DNA from: Clostridia bacterium
GTDB lineage: Bacteria > Bacillota > Clostridia > Christensenellales > UBA1242
Length of the DNA stretch: 33,551 nucleotides
Direction of reading: 5' to 3'
NCBI GenBank assembly: GCA_900766395.1
Contig: CAAFWB010000001.1
Coordinates: forward strand, 1-33,551
Shown piece by piece: positions 10,763-17,573 of this stretch. Numbering within the stretch: position 1 is the first letter of the stretch; each line of letters begins with the position of its first letter. The notes below the pieces were generated by a model. That model did no database searches. It was not told the DNA's origin and saw only the letters and a list, made by a program, of their open reading frames with translations. Position numbers and translations under genes: made by a program.

Positions 10763-11764
10763 ATGAAAGCGTATAACTTGCTGTTTTGTTTCTTGATTGG
10801 ACTTTTGGTTTCTGTGGCTTTCGCGCCACTGGTTATAAAACTTTCGCAGAAGTTCAAACTCAAACAGACAATTTTGCACTATGTTGAACTGCATAAGGAC
10901 AAGCAGGGGACTCCAACCATGGGAGGATTTATTTTCCTTTTGGGGTTTGTGGTGGCCGCTGCCTGTTTTTTGCGAGAAGATTGCTTGCTTTCTGTGATTG
11001 CAATCGCGGTCACGCTTTCATTTGGACTGCTTGGTTTTTTGGACGACTTCATCAAAATAAAGTTTCATCAAAACGAGGGACTCAAACCCTATCAAAAAAT
11101 AATTGGACAGTTGGGCATATCAACAATCATTGGACTATTCGCATATTTCAACGGACTTGTTCCAAACGAGATTGTTTTGCCTTTTTCAAACATAACATTA
11201 AACCTCGGGTGGGGCATTATTCCATTTGTGATTTTTGTCATGATTGCAATCACAAACAGCGTCAACCTCACTGACGGATTGGACGGACTTGCCGGAGGAG
11301 TGAGTTTTGTTTATCTTTTTGGATTTGCTGTCCTTATTTATATTTTTATTTCAAACACCAGTGCAATCCATGTCCAGACCGAACAGTTTAATCTTGTGCT
11401 CATTTCTGCTGCCATGATGGGTGGACTTGGTGGATTTTTGTGTTTCAACTGCAACAAGGCAAAAATCTTTATGGGCGACACCGGCTCACTCGCACTCGGC
11501 GGACTCATTGGAGTGCTTGCAGTGTTCTCGGGACTTGAACTATATCTGCCAATCTTGGGGATTATGTTTGTTCTTTCAGCACTGTCTGACATCATTCAAG
11601 TGTTGCACTACAAACGAACAAAAAAACGTGTTTTTCTCATGGCGCCGCTTCATCACCATTTTGAGAAAAAAGGAGTGCATGAAAACCGTATTGTCGTAAT
11701 ATATATATTTATAACTATGGCAATAAGCGTTCTTTCGATTGCGACGACGCTTGCGGTGAGGTGA
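10763..11764 (+). CDS. mraY: Phospho-N-acetylmuramoyl-pentapeptide transferase MraY
   Basis: Polytopic membrane protein with the motifs KQGTPTMGG, NSVNLTDGLDGLA and APLHHHFE. AAGGAGA RBS. Confidence 0.95.
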   Translation: MKAYNLLFCFLIGLLVSVAFAPLVIKLSQKFKLKQTILHYVELHKDKQGTPTMGGFIFLLGFVVAAACFLREDCLLSVIAIAVTLSFGLLGFLDDFIKIKFHQNEGLKPYQKIIGQLGISTIIGLFAYFNGLVPNEIVLPFSNITLNLGWGIIPFVIFVMIAITNSVNLTDGLDGLAGGVSFVYLFGFAVLIYIFISNTSAIHVQTEQFNLVLISAAMMGGLGGFLCFNCNKAKIFMGDTGSLALGGLIGVLAVFSGLELYLPILGIMFVLSALSDIIQVLHYKRTKKRVFLMAPLHHHFEKKGVHENRIVVIYIFITMAISVLSIATTLAVR

Positions 11765-11765
11765 T

Positions 11766-13079
11766 ATGAAAAAACAAAAATCTGTTCTTATTTTGGGATA
11801 TGGTGTGACTGGCAAAGCGTGTGTTGAATACTTCCTCTCAAAAAAATATCAGGTTTTTGTTTACGCAAAAGACACTGAAAACATCGAGGGCGTCAATTTG
11901 ATTTCGTCAGTTGAAGAAGTCCTGAAAAACCGCATAAAATTGTGTGTGACAAGCCCTGGGATTAATATGAAAAAAGACTTGTTTTGCTTGCATCTAAAAA
12001 GGTTTGGAATTCAAGTTGTTACTGAACTTGAATATGCACTAAAAAATATTAAAGGCAAAACCATTGCTGTCACAGGAACCAACGGGAAAAGCACAACTGC
12101 AACGCTCATTTATGAATTGCTCAAACATAAATATCCTTGTGTTCTTGCCGGAAACATTGGCACGCCACTAATTTCACAAATCAACTCCATTTCGAGAAAA
12201 ACAAAAGTTGTTCTCGAAGTGTCTTCTTTTATGCTTGAAAATATGAATGATTTTTGCTTTGATGTTTCGTGTCTTCTCAATCTCACACCTGATCACGAAA
12301 ATTGGCATGGTGGAGTGGAGGACTATTATCAAGCCAAACTCAAAGTGTTTTTGGGACAAACAAAAAAACAAGTCGCAGTTCTCAACTTTGACGACAAAAT
12401 TGTGTTTGACAGAACTCGTCACATAAACTCTCGTGCACTATATTTTTCAAAAACCGAAACTGTCAAGGGTTGCTTTGAGAGAGTGGGGAAACTTTGCTAC
12501 TATGACGAAAATTTTGATGACATCATGAGTGTCAAAGATGTTGGATTGCGTGGCGAAAAAAATCTTGAAAACATATTGTGTGCTGTGACCGTTGCAAAAT
12601 ATTTTGAAGTTGATGACAAAACAATTTCATCTGTTGTTTCAAATTTCAAACCTCTTCGTCATCGAATCGAGTTCGTGGGGGAAAAGGACGGCGTGCTATA
12701 TTTCAACGACTCAAAAGCAACCAACATTTCGTCAACGCTTTGTGCTTTGGGCGCTTTTGAAAAGAATGTCATTCTCATGCTGGGTGGACAGACAAAAAAT
12801 CAAAATTTTGATAATTTGTTCAATAAAAGCCTAAATAATGTGAAATTATTTGTAATTTATGGCGAAAATTACGAAATTATTGAAAATTCAATAAACAAAT
12901 ATAAAGAAAAATACAACTATATTTTGTCGAAAAATTTTGATGAAGCTTTTGAAAAAGCAAAAATGAATGCAACAGCGGGAGATGTTGTTCTTCTTTCTCC
13001 GGCATGTGCAAGTTTTGATGAATTCAAGAATTTTGAAGATCGTGGAGATTGTTTTTGTGAAAAAGTTAAACAAATCTAG
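11766..13079 (+). CDS. murD: UDP-MurNAc-L-alanine:D-glutamate ligase MurD
   Basis: N-terminal Rossmann motif VLILGYGVTGKA, AVTGTNGKSTT P-loop, C-terminal SPACASFDEFKNFEDRG. GAGGTG RBS. Confidence 0.93.
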   Translation: MKKQKSVLILGYGVTGKACVEYFLSKKYQVFVYAKDTENIEGVNLISSVEEVLKNRIKLCVTSPGINMKKDLFCLHLKRFGIQVVTELEYALKNIKGKTIAVTGTNGKSTTATLIYELLKHKYPCVLAGNIGTPLISQINSISRKTKVVLEVSSFMLENMNDFCFDVSCLLNLTPDHENWHGGVEDYYQAKLKVFLGQTKKQVAVLNFDDKIVFDRTRHINSRALYFSKTETVKGCFERVGKLCYYDENFDDIMSVKDVGLRGEKNLENILCAVTVAKYFEVDDKTISSVVSNFKPLRHRIEFVGEKDGVLYFNDSKATNISSTLCALGAFEKNVILMLGGQTKNQNFDNLFNKSLNNVKLFVIYGENYEIIENSINKYKEKYNYILSKNFDEAFEKAKMNATAGDVVLLSPACASFDEFKNFEDRGDCFCEKVKQI

Positions 13080-14190
13080 GGGAAACATAAAATTTTCACG
13101 AACACAAATTATTGTGCTCGTTCTTGTTTTGTTCCTTGCTGGATTTGGTTGTCTCATGGTGTATTCTGCAAGTTCCTATGCTGCGGCACATCGTTATCAC
13201 AATCAATATTATTTTTTGATAAAGCAAATCATTGGTGCGGTGATTGGGGCGATGTGTCTTGTTTTGTTCTCTTATGTTGATTACCACAAATTCACAAAGT
13301 GGAGATATGTCATCATTGCGGTTTCGGTTGTTCTCATGGTCTTGGTTTTTGTTCCGGGAATTGGGGTTGAAAACTATGGGGCAAAAAGATGGATTCGTCT
13401 TCCAGGAATGACAATTCAACCGAGTGAAATTTGCAAGTTTGTGTTTGTGCTTTATGCGGCATGGTATCTCGGCGAAAACTACCACAAAGTCAAATCATTT
13501 CGCGGCATTTTGCCAGTGCTTATTTTGGGTGGCATTTTTTGTTTGCTTATTATTGCAGAGCCAAACATGTCAATCACAATGTGCTTGGGGATGGTTCTTC
13601 TTGTCATGCTGTTTGTTGGTGGGGCGAGTGCCAAACAGTTTGCACTCGTGGGCGTTCCCGCACTTTGCATGGTTCCAGTGTTAATTGCGATTGAACCATA
13701 CCGAATGAAAAGGCTTGTTGCATTTTTGGACCCTTGGGCAAATCCGCAAAGCGAAGGTTTTCAACTCATTCAGTCACTCTATTCAATTGGCTCAGGCGGT
13801 TGGTTTGGAGTTGGTCTTTTCAACTCCCGCCAAAAATATTTGTTTTTGCCATTCTCGGAAAGTGACTTCATTTTTTCAATCATTGCTGAAGAGTTTGGAT
13901 TCGTTGGCGCAGGACTTTTGCTAGTCGTTTTTGCAGTTTTGGTCGTCAAACTAATCAAAATTGGACTGAGGGCGAACGATCGTTTTGGTTGTCTTTTGTG
14001 TGTCGGTGTTGCCGCCGTCATCGCGGTGCAAACTCTCATCAATGTTGCAGTTGTCACAGGCTCAATTCCGCCGACAGGTCTTCCACTTCCGTTCATCTCG
14101 TCTGGTTCAACATCTCTCGTTGTGTTTATGTCCGCAGTCGGCATCTGCCTCAATGTCGAAAGACAAAGCATGAAAAAAACAATCTGTTGA
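13057..14190 (+). CDS. SEDS-family peptidoglycan glycosyltransferase FtsW/SpoVE
   Basis: Polytopic membrane protein with GCLMVYSASS, MTIQPSEICKF and the FtsW/RodA-type FISSGSTSL motif. The ORF-track start 12967 would overlap murD by 113 nt. I prefer the GTG at 13057, which has GGAGA 9 nt upstream, but this start is uncertain. Confidence 0.88.
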   Translation: MKKLNKSRGNIKFSRTQIIVLVLVLFLAGFGCLMVYSASSYAAAHRYHNQYYFLIKQIIGAVIGAMCLVLFSYVDYHKFTKWRYVIIAVSVVLMVLVFVPGIGVENYGAKRWIRLPGMTIQPSEICKFVFVLYAAWYLGENYHKVKSFRGILPVLILGGIFCLLIIAEPNMSITMCLGMVLLVMLFVGGASAKQFALVGVPALCMVPVLIAIEPYRMKRLVAFLDPWANPQSEGFQLIQSLYSIGSGGWFGVGLFNSRQKYLFLPFSESDFIFSIIAEEFGFVGAGLLLVVFAVLVVKLIKIGLRANDRFGCLLCVGVAAVIAVQTLINVAVVTGSIPPTGLPLPFISSGSTSLVVFMSAVGICLNVERQSMKKTIC

Positions 14191-14213
14191 AACTTTGAAT
14201 AAAAAGTGCAATA

Positions 14214-14245
14214 AAAATACCCACCAATATTGGTGGGCGTTTTTC
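14214..14245. terminator. Bidirectional rho-independent terminator between the convergent ftsW/spoVE and the minus-strand orphan gene
   Basis: AAAAATA-CCCACCAA-TA-TTGGTGGG-CGTTTTT: a GC-containing stem with A/T runs on both sides. Confidence 0.8.
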
Positions 14246-14795
14246 AAAATTCTAATGTTTGGTCATATTGTTTTGCATATTCTTGATTTTTGCATTTCTG
14301 TTTGGCCAGTCTTTCATTTTTAATATTTCTAAAAGCGGATTTGCTATGGGATTCAACAAAATTAACCGCTTTTTCAATTTTTGCAATAGTGGTAATATCA
14401 ATAAAATTTTCAGGGTTATTAAATACTGCCTCAAAGATGTTTTTGCTGTTATCCATACGATTGTATTCCAACACTTGCGTAATTTGCTTATAGCGATAAA
14501 AACATGTATCATCATCATCTCTGAAAATTGCCCTTGAGTTTGCATTTATGTCTTCAAATTTACCACATAATGGAAATGCTTTTAATCCGTCATTTGTCTC
14601 ATATGCATTAACATAGTAGAAATGACCGACGTCTCTATCTTCTTTCATATATGTATGAAACGAAGGTTTGTCTATAGAATGAATTTCATTTTTGGTCAAG
14701 ATTTTAATTTTTGTTTTTTTGTTGTTCAAGACACCAAACCGACAATCTCCAGACTCATAAATCAAAAGCAAATCTTTAATTTTGTATTTTTCCAT
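14244..14795 (-). CDS. Hypothetical protein (183 aa), no recognisable family; the only minus-strand gene in the window
   Basis: The ORF has an internal start MEKYKIKDLLLIYESG preceded by AAGGAGAtattcATG on the minus strand. A consensus promoter lies upstream, inside the longer ORF-track version. It is visibly more A+T-rich than its neighbours. Confidence 0.7.
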   Translation of the reverse strand: MEKYKIKDLLLIYESGDCRFGVLNNKKTKIKILTKNEIHSIDKPSFHTYMKEDRDVGHFYYVNAYETNDGLKAFPLCGKFEDINANSRAIFRDDDDTCFYRYKQITQVLEYNRMDNSKNIFEAVFNNPENFIDITTIAKIEKAVNFVESHSKSAFRNIKNERLAKQKCKNQEYAKQYDQTLEF

Positions 14796-14825
14796 CGAAT
14801 ATCTCCTTTTTCTGTTTAATGTAAT

Positions 14826-14854
14826 ATTATAACGAAATGCAATATATAAGTCAA
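14826..14854 (-). promoter_or_regulatory. Near-consensus sigma-A promoter for the minus-strand orphan gene
   Basis: The minus strand reads TTGACT - 17 nt - TATAAT. On the plus strand these are AGTCAA at 14849-14854 and ATTATA at 14826-14831. Confidence 0.6.
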
Positions 14855-15152
14855 TAGTCAATTTGGCTCCTGCCACTTGATTAGAATGCTACAAAAGAAA
14901 TTTCTTCAGATATGTGTGGATGATATGCATACCATGCCGAAAAACAAAGTCGATAAGTTGTGATAAAGGAATCTTTACTAAATTGATTAAATTTATTGTT
15001 TTATTTTCTTGTGCATGCTATTTTTATTGTAAAGGGAAAAAAGTTTATGATTACACAAAGTTTTGATTGCAAGTCAGATGCGAAGAAGCACATCACAATT
15101 TCCAAAATTTTGACATTGCATTGCATTTGGCTTGTGAATTAACACTTTGATA

Positions 15153-15181
15153 GCAGAGCACATAGCTCTGCCATTTTTTTA
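15153..15181 (+). terminator. Plus-strand rho-independent terminator inside the ORF-free spacer
   Basis: Stem GCAGAGC / GCTCTGC with loop ACATA, followed by CATTTTTTTT. There is no T-run on the opposite strand, so it is unidirectional. Confidence 0.6.
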
Positions 15182-15241
15182 AAAAATTGCCAAAAACATG
15201 ACTTGTGACAAGTTTTGTGATATTATTTTTTTGGAGAAAAT

Positions 15242-15444
15242 ATGAAAAAACACGAGTAAACCACACTTGAATTTATTGGCTATGTTGAAAAAGATGCCTC
15301 TTTGAAACATTTGCTAGAAGAAGATTTAGGTTTGGTGGCAGCGATATTGTCATGATATTTGACGAATCAGTCGAATGTGTTTCTCAAATCCGTAGTGAGC
15401 ATTTGCTGATGGGAGAAAACTACGCAAATTTGATAATTAAATAA
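15242..15444 (+). pseudogene. Decayed small gene that keeps its RBS and start codon but has an early stop and a frameshift
   Basis: GGAGAAAATATG AAA AAA CAC GAG TAA is followed in the same frame by TTLEFIGYVEKDASLKHLLEEDLGLVAAILS*. After a -1 shift it continues (M)IFDESVECVSQIRSEHLLMGENYANLIIK*. An extended -10 element TGaTATTAT lies at 15218-15226. Confidence 0.35.
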
Positions 15445-15457
15445 TAATCCGCGATTG

Positions 15458-15486
15458 TTGTCATAAAATTGGTATTGTGTTTAAAT
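15458..15486 (+). promoter_or_regulatory. Candidate sigma-A promoter for the NUDIX gene
   Basis: TTGTCA - 17 nt - TTAAAT, with a TG at the extended -10 position (TGtTTAAAT). Confidence 0.4.
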
Positions 15487-15528
15487 AGTTTTTTTGTTAA
15501 GATATTAATAATTCAAAGGAGGAATAAA

Positions 15529-16005
15529 ATGGATATTGGTATCAATTCAGAAGAAGGAAAATTCAAATTTAGAGTTTGTGGCATTTTGGAGCATGACGGA
15601 AAGTATTTGGCGGTAAAAATGAACAACAACAATTTCTTTTGCTTGCCAGGAGGTCATGTTGAACTTGGAGAAGACACCGAAATGGCAGTTCAAAGAGAAA
15701 TGAAAGAAGAACTTGGTTATGAGGTCAAAATAAAAAAATTGGTGTCAATAAATCAAAACTTTTTTGTTGGTATTGACGGAAGACAATTTCATGAAATCGG
15801 ATACTACTACATTGTAAACGCAATCAACGAAAAAAATATCAATGCAAGTGATTACACACGCGAAGAACTTGACAAAGGCAAAATTCAACATCTTGAATTT
15901 AAGTGGTTCACAAAAGAAGAACTCAAAGCCATTGATTTCAGACCAAAATACATTGTTGACTGTTTTGACAAATCCGAACCAACACTCAAAATCACAAGAG
16001 ATTAA
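15529..16005 (+). CDS. NUDIX-family hydrolase
   Basis: Complete Nudix box GGHVELGEDTEMAVQREMKEELG (GX5EX7REUXEEXGU). The start is set at the ATG preceded by the AAAGGAGG RBS; the ORF-track start 15469 has no RBS. Confidence 0.9.
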   Translation: MDIGINSEEGKFKFRVCGILEHDGKYLAVKMNNNNFFCLPGGHVELGEDTEMAVQREMKEELGYEVKIKKLVSINQNFFVGIDGRQFHEIGYYYIVNAINEKNINASDYTREELDKGKIQHLEFKWFTKEELKAIDFRPKYIVDCFDKSEPTLKITRD

Positions 16006-16027
16006 ATAATTTCAAAACATACTGTTA

Positions 16028-16056
16028 TTGACAATTTATTTTGTTGATGATAAAAT
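16028..16056 (+). promoter_or_regulatory. Sigma-A promoter for the lipoprotein gene
   Basis: TTGACA - 17 nt - TAAAAT, with an extended -10 TG (TGaTAAAAT). Confidence 0.6.
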
Positions 16057-16092
16057 GTGAACAATTTTATTACAAACGAAAAGGAATGGAAA

Positions 16093-16959
16093 ATGAAAAA
16101 AACTTTCAAATTTATGACATATATATGTTCAATCATGTTAGTTGTTTTGGCAGTTTCGTTGGTTATGGTTGGTTGTCAAAATACAAATTCACAAACATTT
16201 AGCGTTACTGCTTCAGTTGAGCAAGGTGAAGGGACAATAACTGGTGCTGGCACATACAAGAAAGGTGACTTGGTAAATATCACAGCAGTTCCAAAAGAGG
16301 GATATTTCTTTGATTCTTGGTCAAATGGAGAAACAGCAAGCAACATCACAATGAATATAAAATCAGACTTTGTTATCAGCGCGAGATTTGTTAAAGGCGT
16401 CAGAGTTTCGTTAAACAACGGCAAGTCGGTGACCGTGCGTGATGGAAAACTTGTATCTTCTTCTGGTGATTATTACGAAATAAAAGTAAATGATGAAAAG
16501 GCGCAGGCTTTTGGATATTGGGAAAACGTTGCAGACGGAACAATCTATTCTGCTGACTCTTATTTTTCAATTTGGAAGAGAGCAAGCATTTCAAACAACA
16601 TCAAGCTTCAACCAGTTCAATCAGCTTGTGGCATGTTTTTAGCAACAATGAATTTTGTGGATAGTTTGGGTGGTTCAATAAAGACTTTGACAGAAGCAAC
16701 TTCAATAAGTTCCATTTCACAAGGCTACTACTATAATTACAATGGAAAGACAACTCTCGTAAACACAACCATTCAAAATGGAAGTGCAACGGTTAAATTG
16801 AACTATAACTCTTCAAGCGATTTCGCTCTCTATTCGGGCAAAATATTTATTCACAATAACCAATGTATGGTTGCAATTGGTATGCCAAGCCGTGGTTCGT
16901 TAGTAACATCAATTCAAATTGGCTCTCAAACTTGCAACATTGTTTGGTCAAAAGCTTAA
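16093..16959 (+). CDS. Putative lipoprotein with an N-terminal divergent InlB B-repeat-like domain and an unassigned beta-rich C-terminal region
   Basis: Signal peptide MKKTFKFMTYICSIMLVVLAVSLVMVG|C with a lipobox Cys. FSVTASVEQGEGTITGAGTYKKGDLVNITAVPKEGYFFDSWSNGE matches the G.G.V.G.G.Y..G..V.L.A.P..GY.F..WS pattern of InlB B-repeat domains. Confidence 0.8.
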   Translation: MKKTFKFMTYICSIMLVVLAVSLVMVGCQNTNSQTFSVTASVEQGEGTITGAGTYKKGDLVNITAVPKEGYFFDSWSNGETASNITMNIKSDFVISARFVKGVRVSLNNGKSVTVRDGKLVSSSGDYYEIKVNDEKAQAFGYWENVADGTIYSADSYFSIWKRASISNNIKLQPVQSACGMFLATMNFVDSLGGSIKTLTEATSISSISQGYYYNYNGKTTLVNTTIQNGSATVKLNYNSSSDFALYSGKIFIHNNQCMVAIGMPSRGSLVTSIQIGSQTCNIVWSKA

Positions 16960-16961
16960 AT

Positions 16962-16991
16962 AAAAGGCAGTCAAATTTGGACTGCCTTTTT
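16962..16991 (+). terminator. Rho-independent terminator after the lipoprotein gene
   Basis: Stem GGCAGTC / GACTGCC with loop AAATTTG, followed by TTTTT. Confidence 0.75.
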
Positions 16992-17033
16992 AAGATATAC
17001 AAATTATAATAAACTGATTATTTGGAGGGCTGT

Positions 17034-17525
17034 ATGATTGAATATGAATATAATTTCAAAGTTGATGACATCAGTGTTGTGACAAAATTTTGTGAGAAAG
17101 ATGGATTTGTTTTGGTTTCAAAAACATCGGAAAATCGCGTTGTGTTTGAAAACAAACAAAATCGAAAAATCATTTCAAGACTAACGACAACATTTGGCGA
17201 ATCTGACAAAGTGACAGTTTGGGATTTCAAAAATGTCGGGAAGAATGACAACCTTCTCAAAGTGTCAAAGGAATCAGAAACAATGAAGCTTGACGAGGCG
17301 GGGATTAAAATCGCTCGCTCAATGCTTGAAGTTATGGACTTTGAACAAAGCGCAGATAATCTCAGAACGAGATATGTTTTTGAAAAAGGTGATGTCAAGT
17401 TTGAAATTGACGATTACACAAGACCCCAAATGAAAGTTGTTGCCATTGAAGGCGAGAAGTCTCAAGTTGACAAGGTCTATCAAATGCTTGTTTCGGACGA
17501 ACAAGTTTCCAAGCATATTTTGTGA
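17034..17525 (+). CDS. CYTH-like (class IV adenylyl cyclase / triphosphate tunnel metalloenzyme) domain protein, divergent
   Basis: The ~160-aa size and motif order match CyaB/CYTH: N-terminal IEYEYNFKV (cf. EIE.KF), ISRLTT, VWDFK, SKESET, RTRYVF, FEIDDY and C-terminal VVAIEGE (cf. f.EiE). Several canonical basic and acidic residues are substituted. GGAGGG RBS. Confidence 0.6.
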   Translation: MIEYEYNFKVDDISVVTKFCEKDGFVLVSKTSENRVVFENKQNRKIISRLTTTFGESDKVTVWDFKNVGKNDNLLKVSKESETMKLDEAGIKIARSMLEVMDFEQSADNLRTRYVFEKGDVKFEIDDYTRPQMKVVAIEGEKSQVDKVYQMLVSDEQVSKHIL

Positions 17526-17573
17526 GATTGAACACAAGGAGAGGGAATTTCATAAAATGAATTTGGAGGGATA

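Noticed and set aside
12967-13056. A 5' extension of the ftsW/spoVE ORF that overlaps murD by 113 nt.
   Set aside because: The extension encodes no FtsW-like sequence and has no RBS. A GTG with GGAGA 9 nt upstream gives a normal N-terminus just before the first TM helix.
14920-15066. A 48-codon Cys-rich ORF (MICIPCRKTKSISCDKGIFTKLIKFIVLFSCACYFYCKGKKVYDYTKF) in the ORF-free spacer, considered as a possible small Cys-rich peptide or bacteriocin.
   Set aside because: It has no convincing RBS or promoter, and it overlaps the more plausible promoter and RBS of the 31-codon ORF. An ORF of this length can arise by chance in a ~700-bp region read in six frames.
14191-17573. Whether the insertion is a mobile element, prophage remnant, CRISPR locus or known defence system.
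   Set aside because: I found no integrase, transposase or recombinase ORF, no terminal inverted or direct repeats, no repeat-spacer array, and no recognisable nuclease, helicase or ATPase defence domains.
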